From the NCBI GenBank assembly GCA_963664295.1, contig OY760935.1, forward strand, positions 1,151,431-1,215,430: 64,000 bases of DNA, read 5' to 3'. Below, in pieces: positions 1 to 9,106 of the stretch. A model generated the notes under the pieces. That model was not told the origin of the DNA and searched no databases. It saw nothing but the letters and a program-made list of their open reading frames with translations. How positions within the stretch are numbered: position 1 is the stretch's first letter; the number at the start of each line of letters is the position of its first letter. The translations under genes were made by a program, and so were the position numbers. This DNA is from Candidatus Altimarinota bacterium (lineage in GTDB: Bacteria > Patescibacteriota > Gracilibacteria > CAIRYL01 > GCA-016699755).

Positions 1-435
1 TTTGATCAAGAAAAATTAAAGTTTGATATTGTGCCGGAAACTTTTCGGCGTACGAATTTGGGTTCAGCAGAAATTGTAAATGTGGAAAGAGCTTTGAAGG
101 CAGATGGACGTTTTGAGGGTCATGTTGTTCAGGGTCATATTGATGGTTTTTTAGAGCTTTTAGAGCGAAAAAAAGAGGGAGAAGGTGAGTTTTTTACTTT
201 TAAAAAACCTGTTGAATATGCAAAGTATTTTACTGAAAAAGGTAGTATTGCCTTAAATGGAGTTTCTTTGACTATTGCAAAAGAGGATCAAGACACTTTT
301 GGAGTAGCCTTAATACCACATACTTTGGAAATAACTAATTTTGGAAAGATGAAAACTGGAGATTTAATCAATTTTGAGTGTGATATTTTTGCCAAATTAT
401 TATATAAATGGCACTGTGATGAGCAAAAACAATAA
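1..435 (+). CDS. ribE: Riboflavin synthase alpha chain, 5'-truncated by the window edge
   Basis: Frame is open from base 1. Motifs VNVERAL, GRFEGHVVQGHIDG, KGSIALNGVSLT, LIPHT and INFECD. Confidence 0.95.
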   Translation, partial: FDQEKLKFDIVPETFRRTNLGSAEIVNVERALKADGRFEGHVVQGHIDGFLELLERKKEGEGEFFTFKKPVEYAKYFTEKGSIALNGVSLTIAKEDQDTFGVALIPHTLEITNFGKMKTGDLINFECDIFAKLLYKWHCDEQKQ

Positions 436-838
436 AAAAGTATTAGTTTTTGGTACTTTTGATTATTTACACAAAGGGCATAAAAAATTTTTACAAGATG
501 CAAAAAAGCTTGGTGATCAATTTTTTGTCGTAGTAGCAAGAGACAAAAATGTGTTAGAGCTTAAAGGTGAATTACCGCATTTTTCAGAAAGCGAACGAAA
601 AGAAGAATTAGAAAAATTAGATTTTATTAATAAGGTGATTTTAGGTGATGAAAAAGACAAGTTTGTGCCAATTAAAGAGCTTGAACCAGATATTATCGCT
701 CTTGGGTTTGACCAAAAAGCACCACTAAAAGAATTAAAAAATAAATTTTCTAATATAAAAATAGTTAGACTTTTTCCTTATTTTCCGCAAAAATTTAAAT
801 CAAGCATTATTAAGAAAAAACTACCAAAAAAGAAATGA
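419..838 (+). CDS. Cytidylyltransferase-family protein, probable archaeal-type FAD synthase (RibL-like)
   Basis: FGTFDYLHKGH (HxGH), VVVARD, PDIIALGFDQ. Overlaps ribE. ATG at 419 preferred over the GTG at 374. Confidence 0.8.
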   Translation: MSKNNKKVLVFGTFDYLHKGHKKFLQDAKKLGDQFFVVVARDKNVLELKGELPHFSESERKEELEKLDFINKVILGDEKDKFVPIKELEPDIIALGFDQKAPLKELKNKFSNIKIVRLFPYFPQKFKSSIIKKKLPKKK

Positions 839-1797
839 GCAATTCGATTTTTACAGTATTTAGGCGAGCCCTTGATCAGGCAATAAAATCAATTACCAGA
901 AGTCGCTGGACAAGTGTGATGACTATTACCGCTTTGGTTTTGGTTTTTTTGCTTGTTCATACTATGAGTGCTTTTATTTCCTCTGCGGAAAATATTGTGC
1001 GTAATTTGCAAAACAAGGTGGATATTGGTGTTTTTTTTAATGAAGAGGCTGATGAGCATGAAATTGAGATTTTCTTAAAAGCTTTAGATGACAAAAAAAC
1101 AAAAGGGGATATAAAAAATTATACTTATTTTTCTCGTGATCAAGAATTGGAGGAATTTGAAAAGAAATATCCAGACAGAATGGTGTTTTTGCGTAGGCAT
1201 AATCTTGGCAATCCGCTTCTTTCTATGGTGGAAATTATTCCTGCACGCGATAAGACAGATGAACTTACAGCATTTTTATTTCGTGAAGAATATTCCAATG
1301 TGGTGAACCAAAAAGCCTTAAGAGATAGTGAAGATTCTCGAAAAAGAGTGAAAAATTTTCTCACTGTTGCTAGTTTTGCAGAAAATTCCGGCGGGGCAGT
1401 TCTTTTGCTTTTTATGATTATTGCCACTGGCTTACTTTTTCATGCTGTGGGAACTGCTGTAAAAATGCATGAACAAGAAATTTTTATTATGCGTCTTGTT
1501 GGTGCTAATTTTTGGAATATTCGTTTGCCTTATATACTTGAAGGCTTAATGATTGCGCTTTCTGCCTTTGTGATTAGTCTTTTGCTTGGTGGAATAATAT
1601 TTTTTATTTTTTCTTCCATTATTGAAAATGCTTTTTCTGACCCAGAAATTAGCCAACATATAAGCGACTTTACAAGCAAGTTATTAACCATGTTTTCTGT
1701 TGATGTCTTACGCAATGCTTCAATTATTTTGTTTTTGGCCTTTATTGGTTCGTTTTTGGCTATAGAAAAGCATTTACGCACTCAAAAAATATTGTAA
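835..1797 (+). CDS. ftsX: Cell division permease FtsX
   Basis: N-terminal TM, large extracellular loop with NPL, EIFIMRLVGA..IRLPYILEG motif, three C-terminal TMs. Confidence 0.85.
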   Translation: MSNSIFTVFRRALDQAIKSITRSRWTSVMTITALVLVFLLVHTMSAFISSAENIVRNLQNKVDIGVFFNEEADEHEIEIFLKALDDKKTKGDIKNYTYFSRDQELEEFEKKYPDRMVFLRRHNLGNPLLSMVEIIPARDKTDELTAFLFREEYSNVVNQKALRDSEDSRKRVKNFLTVASFAENSGGAVLLLFMIIATGLLFHAVGTAVKMHEQEIFIMRLVGANFWNIRLPYILEGLMIALSAFVISLLLGGIIFFIFSSIIENAFSDPEISQHISDFTSKLLTMFSVDVLRNASIILFLAFIGSFLAIEKHLRTQKIL

Positions 1798-1801
1798 TTT
1801 T

Positions 1802-2539
1802 ATGCAAAAAGCACAAGGAACAGCTTTTGTACTTAAAAAACAGGATTATCTTGATAATGATTTAATTTTAACTGTTTTTTCTTTGGAGGAAGGCTTGTTT
1901 ACTGCTTTAGTTAAAGGGGCTAGAAAGCAAGGTAATAAATGGCGAAATCAATTTATACCTTTTTCAGAAATTGATTGTGAATATATTATTCCTCGAGTAA
2001 AAACTTCTTTGCGAAAATTAACAAAAATTGAAACCAGGCAAAATTGTCTATTAAATTGTTCACCAGAAAAATTGATGCATTTTGCCTTTGTTGCTGAGCT
2101 TCTTATTCGCTTTTGTCCTAGTGAGCAAAAAATGCAGAGAATTTTTGATTTATTGCAAAATTCTTTTCAGGAATTAAGCACGACTGATAATAGTCAGGGA
2201 TTTTTATTAGTTTTTGTGATTAAATTTTTTACTGTTTTAGGTTATTTTCCGTGTTTTAGCACTTGCGGTGAATGTGGTAAGAAAATTCCTGTTAATTCTG
2301 CGGTGGTGTGGAAAAAATCTTTACTTTGTTCGCATTGTTCTGGGCAGGTTGATTGTAATTTGAGTTTTACGGAGTTAAAAATTTTAGCTTTTTTTCAAAA
2401 CCAACCTTTTGAGCATGCTCTCAAGGTTTCTTTGAATAAAGAGGTTTTTAATAAATTGTTTTATTTAGCGCAAAAAGAGTTTATGGTTCATTCGCCAAAA
2501 CCCTTAAAAACTTTAGGTGTTTTATATGAGCTAGCTTAA
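1802..2539 (+). CDS. recO: DNA repair protein RecO
   Basis: N-terminal VLKKQDY..DLILTVFS.EEG..ALVKGARK; LGYFP followed by CxxC...CxxC zinc finger. Confidence 0.92.
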   Translation: MQKAQGTAFVLKKQDYLDNDLILTVFSLEEGLFTALVKGARKQGNKWRNQFIPFSEIDCEYIIPRVKTSLRKLTKIETRQNCLLNCSPEKLMHFAFVAELLIRFCPSEQKMQRIFDLLQNSFQELSTTDNSQGFLLVFVIKFFTVLGYFPCFSTCGECGKKIPVNSAVVWKKSLLCSHCSGQVDCNLSFTELKILAFFQNQPFEHALKVSLNKEVFNKLFYLAQKEFMVHSPKPLKTLGVLYELA

Positions 2540-2543
2540 TTTA

Positions 2544-2792
2544 TTAAGCAGCTTTTTCTTTTTCATGCCAAGCATCAGGATTACGGACTGTGTCAGTTGC
2601 GTCCATTATTTCTCGCACAAGCTTTTTACATGTTGCACAATTTTCTGGTATTGCTTCTTCAAACATTTCCAAAAAACCCTGATTATTAAGCGAGGTAGGG
2701 CTTTTTGTCTCTGGATCATAAAAACCAACTCCATTTTGACACAAGGATTTTGTTGTAGGGCATGTCATTGGATATTGTTCAGGCATTTTCAT
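2544..2792 (-). CDS. Small orphan protein with four Cys (C..C..CxxC)
   Basis: 82 aa ORF filling the recO-ftsK gap, preceded by its own sigma70-like promoter. Confidence 0.7.
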   Translation of the reverse strand: MKMPEQYPMTCPTTKSLCQNGVGFYDPETKSPTSLNNQGFLEMFEEAIPENCATCKKLVREIMDATDTVRNPDAWHEKEKAA

Positions 2793-2815
2793 AAATCAAT
2801 CTATAATTGGCAAAA

Positions 2816-2844
2816 ATCCTATTCTTTATTTATTTTTTTGTCAA
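2816..2844 (-). promoter_or_regulatory. Sigma70-like promoter for the 82 aa orphan
   Basis: Minus strand TTGACA-17 nt-TAGGAT. Confidence 0.6.
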
Positions 2845-2911
2845 ATTTTATGCTTTCTTCTCACTTGCAATTATGCTTAAAGCAAGGCAAAATACGCTTG
2901 TATAAAATTTT

Positions 2912-5029
2912 ATGGCAAAACGAAGAAGAAAATTAACGGCAGTGGGCACAAAAAAAACCGCCACTAAAAAAAAGAAAATAAAATTAAATATTGAAAAAAG
3001 CACATTGAGAGAAATTTGGGGTGTTTTTTTTGCAGTTTTAGGTATTTTAAGCGCTTTAGCCTTGGGTTATCAGCTTGGGGTTTTTGGGCAAGGGTTGGCA
3101 CTTGTTCTGATTAGTCTTTTTGGAATTGGTGCTTATATTTTTCCAATTGTTCTTTTGTTTTTATCTTTGGCGTTTTTTGTTTATAAAAAAGTTGCTTTTG
3201 ATTACACAAGATTTTTAGGAATTATTATTCTTTTGCTTGGTTTGATGGGCTTTGTGCATACTTTTTTGCCTGAAGATCAGCTTTTAGAGATGTCTAGCGA
3301 TGGCGGGGGATATGTTGGCTTTGCTTCTAGTGTGTTTTTTATAAAATATATTGGCTTTGTAGGTGCGCGAGTTGTGTTGTTTGCATTATTTTTGGTGGGA
3401 CTTTTGTTAACTTTCCCTTTTTCTTTGACTGCTTTTTTGAATGGAGTCATGGCCTTTGTTGGTGCTATCTTAAAAAAAGAAAAGAAAAAGAAAGACGAAA
3501 AACCAAAAAAAGTAAAATTTATTGCTTCTGATGAAGAGCGCAAAAAAGCTGAACAAAAACGCAAAAAATTTGAAAAAGAAATGCTTAATAAAGAGGAAAA
3601 AGAGCCATCAAAACCTCTTATTGCTAAGCCAAAAGAAGGCTGGGAACCGCCTGATCTTGATCTTCTTTCTAACGAAAGAGCGGATATTGATGTTGATGAT
3701 AAAAAATTAACTCAAAAAGCAGAGTTAATTGGTGAAAAATTATTGGAATTTGGAGTAGAAGTAAGTATGGGCAAGTATTATCAAGGTCCAACTGTGACAC
3801 AATTCACACTTAAGCCTGCTGAAGGAGTAAAATTAACCAAGATTACCAATCTTAAAAATGACTTAGCACTTGCACTTTCCGCTCGATCTATTCGTATTGA
3901 AGCTCCTATTCCTGGTAAAGATTTGGTGGGCATTGAAACACCAAATGAAAAAAGAACAATGGTCAGATTGCGTGAGATTTTGGAAAGTTCTGAATTTGAT
4001 AAACTTGGAGGTAGTTTGCGATTAGGTCTTGGTAGAGATGTTTCTGGTGATGCTGTGGCTTTTGATCTTGCAAAAATGCCTCATCTTTTAATTGCGGGTG
4101 CTACTGGTGCTGGTAAATCTGTGGGTATGAATTCATTTTTGCTTTCGCTCTTGTTTCAAAATTCTCCTGCGGATTTAAAAATGATTTTAATTGACCCAAA
4201 AAGAGTTGAGTTGGCTAGCTTTAATGGACTTCCTCATCTTTTAACGCCAGTTATTACTGAAGCAGAGCAAGCCCTTTCTGCTTTGCGTTGGGCTGTTGCT
4301 GAGATGATGCGTAGGTATAATGAAATGAGTGAAAAAAGATGTAGAAATATTGAAGAATATAATAAGCAGGCAGAAGAAAAAATGCCAAAAATTGTTATTG
4401 TGATTGATGAATTGGCTGACTTAATGATGCGTCAGCACAAAAAAGAAACTGAAGGAGTGATTTGTCGCATTGCACAAATGGCAAGAGCAGTGGGAATGCA
4501 CCTTATTGTTGCCACACAGAGACCATCTGTCGATGTTATTACTGGTTTGATTAAGGCGAATATCCCAGCAAGAATTGCTTATGCTGTCACTAGCTCTGTT
4601 GATTCACGCACTATTATTGATTCTATTGGTGCAGAAGATTTGCTTGGTGGTGGTGATCTTTTGTTTACTAATGCTAGCCTTGGTCGTCCACTTAGGGTAC
4701 AGGGTGTGTTTATTTCTTCTGAGGAGATACAAAGAGTCACCAATAGAATAAAATTAACTACTGAGGCTGATTATGACGATACTATTTTAAATGCGCCGAA
4801 AGGAAATGCTCCAGTAGGAATTGGGTCTGGAGAAGGCTCCGGTGACGACGACGATTTGCTTGAAGAGGCAATAGAAGTAATTAGAAGTAGTAAAAAAGCT
4901 TCTGCTTCATTATTGCAAAGAAGACTTTCTGTTGGCTATGCCAGAGCAGCAAGAATTCTTGATATTCTTGAGGAAAGAGGAATGATTGGCCCTGCTAGAG
5001 GAGCAAAACCAAGAGATATTTATCTTTAA
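2912..5029 (+). CDS. ftsK: DNA translocase FtsK/SpoIIIE
   Basis: N-terminal TM domain, RIEAPIPGK, MPHLLIAGATGAGKS, IVIDELADLM, ATQRPSVDV, gamma domain SASLLQRRLSVGYARAARILD. Confidence 0.97.
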   Translation: MAKRRRKLTAVGTKKTATKKKKIKLNIEKSTLREIWGVFFAVLGILSALALGYQLGVFGQGLALVLISLFGIGAYIFPIVLLFLSLAFFVYKKVAFDYTRFLGIIILLLGLMGFVHTFLPEDQLLEMSSDGGGYVGFASSVFFIKYIGFVGARVVLFALFLVGLLLTFPFSLTAFLNGVMAFVGAILKKEKKKKDEKPKKVKFIASDEERKKAEQKRKKFEKEMLNKEEKEPSKPLIAKPKEGWEPPDLDLLSNERADIDVDDKKLTQKAELIGEKLLEFGVEVSMGKYYQGPTVTQFTLKPAEGVKLTKITNLKNDLALALSARSIRIEAPIPGKDLVGIETPNEKRTMVRLREILESSEFDKLGGSLRLGLGRDVSGDAVAFDLAKMPHLLIAGATGAGKSVGMNSFLLSLLFQNSPADLKMILIDPKRVELASFNGLPHLLTPVITEAEQALSALRWAVAEMMRRYNEMSEKRCRNIEEYNKQAEEKMPKIVIVIDELADLMMRQHKKETEGVICRIAQMARAVGMHLIVATQRPSVDVITGLIKANIPARIAYAVTSSVDSRTIIDSIGAEDLLGGGDLLFTNASLGRPLRVQGVFISSEEIQRVTNRIKLTTEADYDDTILNAPKGNAPVGIGSGEGSGDDDDLLEEAIEVIRSSKKASASLLQRRLSVGYARAARILDILEERGMIGPARGAKPRDIYL

Positions 5030-5346
5030 AGAGCTCCTCTTACATCTTCCAAAGCTTCAATAAACTTTGGCACATCTTCTGCATCCATAATTATGGTTGA
5101 TTTTCTACCTCTGGATTTTTCTGAGATTTTAAGAAATTTACCATAAGTGCTTTGTTTTAAGTCTATGAAGAATGTGCGATTACGAGCCTCAATCTTTCTG
5201 GAAAGAATTTCATTAGCATAACTACCATTATCTCCAGTATTAGTAGCTTCTGGAGCTTGGTCGGCGTTTTCTTCAGTTTCTACAGCAACTGCTTGTGTAG
5301 CTTGCTGGTTTTCTTGGTCAAATTCTGCAAATGGATCATCAATCAT
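5026..5346 (-). CDS. PUR-domain (Pur-alpha-like, DUF3276) single-stranded nucleic-acid-binding protein
   Basis: EILSRKIEARNRTFFIDLKQ..GKFLKISE..RKSTIIM..EDVPKFIEAL matches the PUR repeat pattern. Acidic disordered N-terminus. Confidence 0.75.
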   Translation of the reverse strand: MIDDPFAEFDQENQQATQAVAVETEENADQAPEATNTGDNGSYANEILSRKIEARNRTFFIDLKQSTYGKFLKISEKSRGRKSTIIMDAEDVPKFIEALEDVRGAL

Positions 5347-5461
5347 TGTGTTTTCTTAAAAAAATTCTAAAAAAATTTTCCCATATAATCTGCGCTCCTG
5401 CAAGATTTAATAAAAAAAACTTGCATAAAAAATAATTTTCTGGAAAAATAAGCAAGCTTTT

Positions 5462-5509
5462 TCTTATCGCCCTTTTATCAAAGGGTGCAAATATTTAGCC
5501 CAAATAAGA
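5462..5509 (+). promoter_or_regulatory. Candidate S6:S18-type leader hairpin upstream of rpsF
   Basis: TCTTAT(5462-5467)/ATAAGA(5504-5509) outer stem and GCCCTTT(5469-5475)/AAAGGGT(5480-5486) inner stem. The outer stem reaches the start codon. Confidence 0.45.
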
Positions 5510-5979
5510 TGAGTAAAAAATATGAATTAGTTTTTATTATTCAGCCCGAAAAAACAGAGAAAGAAGCTCTTTCTGAGGCTGAAAAAATCAAAAAGACTCT
5601 TGAGAAAACAGGAGCAAAAGTTGTTTTTGATGATTTTTGGGGCAAGAGAGATCTTGCTTATGCTATTCAAAAACATAATCAAGGTTATTATCAGCTTTTT
5701 GAGTTTGAGATTGACCCTCAAAAATTATCAGAAGTTGATAATGAGCTTAATCTTGCCAAAAATGTAATTAGACACTTGGTCACAGCTATGCCTGATGATT
5801 ATGAAACTAAAAGTTTTAAAGATTTTGCTCAAGATGAACCCGTTGCAAAAAAACCAGTTAAAAAGCAAGTAGCAACAAAAAAACCATCAACAAAAGCAAA
5901 GTCAAAACCAGTAAAAGATGACCAAAAGGAGGCAAATGAAAAGCTTGATAAAATGCTTTCTAGCGACTTTGATGTTTAA
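5509..5979 (+). CDS. rpsF: 30S ribosomal protein S6 with Lys-rich C-terminal extension
   Basis: KYELVFIIQP, WGKRDLAYAIQK, GYY, VIRHLV. ATG at 5509. Confidence 0.95.
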   Translation: MSKKYELVFIIQPEKTEKEALSEAEKIKKTLEKTGAKVVFDDFWGKRDLAYAIQKHNQGYYQLFEFEIDPQKLSEVDNELNLAKNVIRHLVTAMPDDYETKSFKDFAQDEPVAKKPVKKQVATKKPSTKAKSKPVKDDQKEANEKLDKMLSSDFDV

Positions 5980-6003
5980 TTTTTAATAATTTAAGATTTA
6001 ATT

Positions 6004-6207
6004 ATGTCAGAAAAAAAATGCGAATTCTGCGCTGAAAAAATGTCTAATATTGATTATAAAAATGTACCTCTTTTAAAGAGATATTTAACTTTATATGCAA
6101 AAATTAAACCTCGTTATTATACTGGGGTTTGCCTAAGACACCAAAAAGAGCTTGCTCGTGCCATTAAAAGAGCAAGACATTTGGCTCTTATTCCTTTTGT
6201 TCGTTAA
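6004..6207 (+). CDS. rpsR: 30S ribosomal protein S18 (zinc-binding type)
   Basis: [49 protein letters not shown]. Confidence 0.97.
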   Translation: MSEKKCEFCAEKMSNIDYKNVPLLKRYLTLYAKIKPRYYTGVCLRHQKELARAIKRARHLALIPFVR

Positions 6208-6459
6208 TTATTTTCTTTTTTTGAGGAATTTTTTAATTGCATTAAATGCCTTTGCGCCTAATTTTACTGGTTGCCAGAGGTAGTGCTTAACTATTTCGCT
6301 TATTTCTTCGATGTTTTCTGTGACTCGGTGTACATTGCCGAGTATTTTATATGCTCTTAATAATACCAATATTAACACTAAAATCAGGAGTAAAAATCCT
6401 CCAGCAAGTGTTAAGTTTAGTATGTCGCCAGTATTTTCAACTGAAATTCCAAAAATCAT
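6208..6459 (-). CDS. Small single-pass membrane protein
   Basis: 83 aa with one strong hydrophobic segment and an amphipathic basic C-terminus. Confidence 0.7.
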   Translation of the reverse strand: MIFGISVENTGDILNLTLAGGFLLLILVLILVLLRAYKILGNVHRVTENIEEISEIVKHYLWQPVKLGAKAFNAIKKFLKKRK

Positions 6460-6550
6460 TTTTATTTATTAAGTTATTTTTATTTTGCCTGTTATTTTTT
6501 TAAAGTGCAAGAAAATTGTTCAAAAATTGATATGAGCTTTTATTTATAAG

Positions 6551-7471
6551 CTAATCTTTGAATTTTTCTTTGTGAATTTTGCGTAAATGTTGGTCTGTTA
6601 TATGGGTATAAATCTGGGTTGTTTTTATACTTTCGTGGCCTAGCATTGTTTGTACTGCTCTGATATCTGCACCATTTTTTAGTAATGAGGTCGCAAAACT
6701 GTGGCGAAGAGTATGTGGAGTCACTTTTTTTACTAATCCTGCTTTGCGTGCATATTTACCAACTATTGCCTCAATTGTGTTTCTGCTTAGTCTTCTTTTT
6801 TCGCTATCTATGGAATTTTTTAGATTTGGTGCATGGGAAATAAAAAGTGGCTTTAGCGCATCTGTTCTGGCTTTTAAATAATCTTCTATTTTTTGAACTG
6901 CTTTTTTGCTTAAAAAAACTAAACGCATTTTACTGCCTTTTCCACGAACGGAAAATTCTTGTGATTTTAGATTTATATTTTCTTTGTTTAATGAGCAAAG
7001 CTCAGAAACACGCATGCCAGTAGAAAATAACACTTGTAATATTGCAGAATCACGAAGGCCTATTAGTGAATTTGTATCTACTACATTAAAAAGCATTTCA
7101 AGCTCTTGTTCTGTGAGGAATTCCACTGTCCTTTCAGGTATTTTTGGTAGTTCTATTTTTTCTGCTGATAAAGATTTTATATCGTTTTTTTGGAGATATT
7201 TTAAAAAAGCTCTTAAGGCAACAAGGTGATAAGCTTGAGTTTTTAAGTTTAATTTGCCGTTTTTTCCTTCCATTCTATTAAGTTTTAAGCGGAAATTTTG
7301 AATATCTTCCTGATTTATTTCTGACGGTTTTCTTTTTTTGCCAAAAAAATCAGCAAAACGATTTAGCCAATGACGAAAATTGCGCAGAGTATTGCTGGAA
7401 AGGTTTTTTCCTACTTCTGCATAAATTAAAAAATCATTTATACATTCTATAATGTTCTTTTCTTTGTTCAT
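6551..7471 (-). CDS. XerC/XerD-family tyrosine recombinase
   Basis: SAM-like N-domain, RDSAIL..TGMRVSEL, GKGSK, TPHTLRHSFAT, GADIRAVQTMLGH, TTQIY. Catalytic residues are intact. Confidence 0.93.
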   Translation of the reverse strand: MNKEKNIIECINDFLIYAEVGKNLSSNTLRNFRHWLNRFADFFGKKRKPSEINQEDIQNFRLKLNRMEGKNGKLNLKTQAYHLVALRAFLKYLQKNDIKSLSAEKIELPKIPERTVEFLTEQELEMLFNVVDTNSLIGLRDSAILQVLFSTGMRVSELCSLNKENINLKSQEFSVRGKGSKMRLVFLSKKAVQKIEDYLKARTDALKPLFISHAPNLKNSIDSEKRRLSRNTIEAIVGKYARKAGLVKKVTPHTLRHSFATSLLKNGADIRAVQTMLGHESIKTTQIYTHITDQHLRKIHKEKFKD

Positions 7472-7888
7472 TTAGATTGGTTCACCAAAGAAATACTCCC
7501 ACCATTGTTCTCTTTTTGGTCTTGTTTTCATTATTTCTATCCTTCTTTCTTTTTCGGAGAGCCCTTTTAGTTTTTCTTCTATTGGCTCTTCTTCTTTTGG
7601 TGGAAGAATAATCACGCTTTCTCCAGGATTTACTTTGTTTTTTCTTTCTTTTGCCCATTTATCTTTGTATTGCGCTGATTCAAGATAAAGCATTTCTGAG
7701 AGCAGTTTTTGGTTTTCTGTTTCTAGTCTTTGATTTTCTGTTTGAAATTGTTCTATTGCCCTATCTCTTTGTCCTGTTCTCATGATTGATGCACCCCAAG
7801 AAAAAAGAAGCCATAACACAATAGCTACTCCGCCTAATATTACAAAGCTTACTATTATTGTGCTTTTTTCTTCTTTATTGTTATGCAT
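7472..7888 (-). CDS. Septum formation initiator (FtsB/DivIC-like)
   Basis: N-terminal TM, coiled coil, KDKWAKE..KVNPGESVIIL, C-terminal QWWEYFF. Confidence 0.75.
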   Translation of the reverse strand: MHNNKEEKSTIIVSFVILGGVAIVLWLLFSWGASIMRTGQRDRAIEQFQTENQRLETENQKLLSEMLYLESAQYKDKWAKERKNKVNPGESVIILPPKEEEPIEEKLKGLSEKERRIEIMKTRPKREQWWEYFFGEPI

Positions 7889-7933
7889 AGCGAAGTTATT
7901 TTATATTTTTTTATCTTATTCAAAAAGCAAATA

Positions 7934-9106
7934 TTATTTTTTATTGTGGCTATCGAGCCAAATTTTCATTGCCCGAGTTTTTTCTTTTAAGCCATCTGTT
8001 GTTGTTTTATCAGCTAGTTTTTTGATTGGATAGATGCATCCCGCAGGTGTATCTGCTGTAGTTTTATTGCTGGAAATTGTGGTTATTGTGTATGAAAATT
8101 GCAAACAATTTAAATGATGTTCGAGGCTTTGAACAGTTTCTAGGTCAATTGTTTGAAACATTTCTTCATAAACAATTAATTGGGAAAAATTTTTGGCAAA
8201 TTGCCAATTTTCTTCAGCTTCTTCTGTTCTGCCAAAAACTTCGCTTCTTATGACGGCTGTGTCTATTTCTGCGCGTTCTGGTTCTTTTTCTTTCTCTTTT
8301 TGTTCTTTAAATTTTAGTTTTTCTTTATCTGAGTCTGTTAAATAGCCAACACCAAAACTAAACATTTTTCCTTTATATTTTATGCTGAGATTTTTTTTCA
8401 TCCAATCTTCTGCGTTTTTTTTCGCATTTGCATTGATTTTATCGTAATCAAAATTAAAAAAATCTCTACCTTCAATCATGGCAGCAATTTTATCTAGCGT
8501 TTTTATTTTTGCTTCTAGTTCATCGTAAGATTGTTTTAATTTGCCAAAAATGCTTTTTGATTTTAAGTCAGGACATTTTTCTTCATTGTTATAAGAAGGG
8601 TCAAAATAGTCACCTTCACACTCACCTTCCTCTTTTTCAAGGTTTTCATTTGCTCCAAATTTTCTTAAGCAATTTATCTCTTTTCTTAGCTCTTTTATTT
8701 TTTCAGTTGCATAATTGATGTCCACTTTTACTGTTTCTTCATTAAATTCTCTTTCAGTTTCTTTTTGTGCTCCGCAGGCTATTTCTGATACAGGTGCTAA
8801 TGTTGCTATTTTGCCTAATTCTTTTTCAAGATAATCAAGATCTTTTCTGAGGCAGGTGTTTTTTTGAGAATCTTTGATTGTTTCTATAACATCTGTATCC
8901 GACATCATGGCAAGTCTTATTTTTATTCTTGCTGATGGATTGTCGCAACCACTGTTGTATTTTCCTATATCTTCTTTTAGGGTTTCTATTTCTTCTGCTA
9001 TTTCTCCAGCTTTGCCATTTACTCCATAAACTCCGTTGTAAGCAAATGTTGAGCTATTTGCGCTAAATATTATTATGCCAATGATGAAAATAATTATTTT
9101 TTTCAT
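7934..9106 (-). CDS. Secreted Cys-containing helical protein, unknown function (operon gene 5)
   Basis: Signal peptide MKKIIIFIIGIIIFSANSSTFA. TAATG overlap with the upstream gene. Confidence 0.85.
   Translation of the reverse strand: MKKIIIFIIGIIIFSANSSTFAYNGVYGVNGKAGEIAEEIETLKEDIGKYNSGCDNPSARIKIRLAMMSDTDVIETIKDSQKNTCLRKDLDYLEKELGKIATLAPVSEIACGAQKETEREFNEETVKVDINYATEKIKELRKEINCLRKFGANENLEKEEGECEGDYFDPSYNNEEKCPDLKSKSIFGKLKQSYDELEAKIKTLDKIAAMIEGRDFFNFDYDKINANAKKNAEDWMKKNLSIKYKGKMFSFGVGYLTDSDKEKLKFKEQKEKEKEPERAEIDTAVIRSEVFGRTEEAEENWQFAKNFSQLIVYEEMFQTIDLETVQSLEHHLNCLQFSYTITTISSNKTTADTPAGCIYPIKKLADKTTTDGLKEKTRAMKIWLDSHNKK

Noticed and set aside
6551-7471. Tyrosine recombinase as the integrase of an island or of the terminase islet
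   Set aside because: It looks like a housekeeping XerC/D, abuts the ftsB-like gene, lies 41 kb from the terminase, and has no att repeats or adjacent tRNA.
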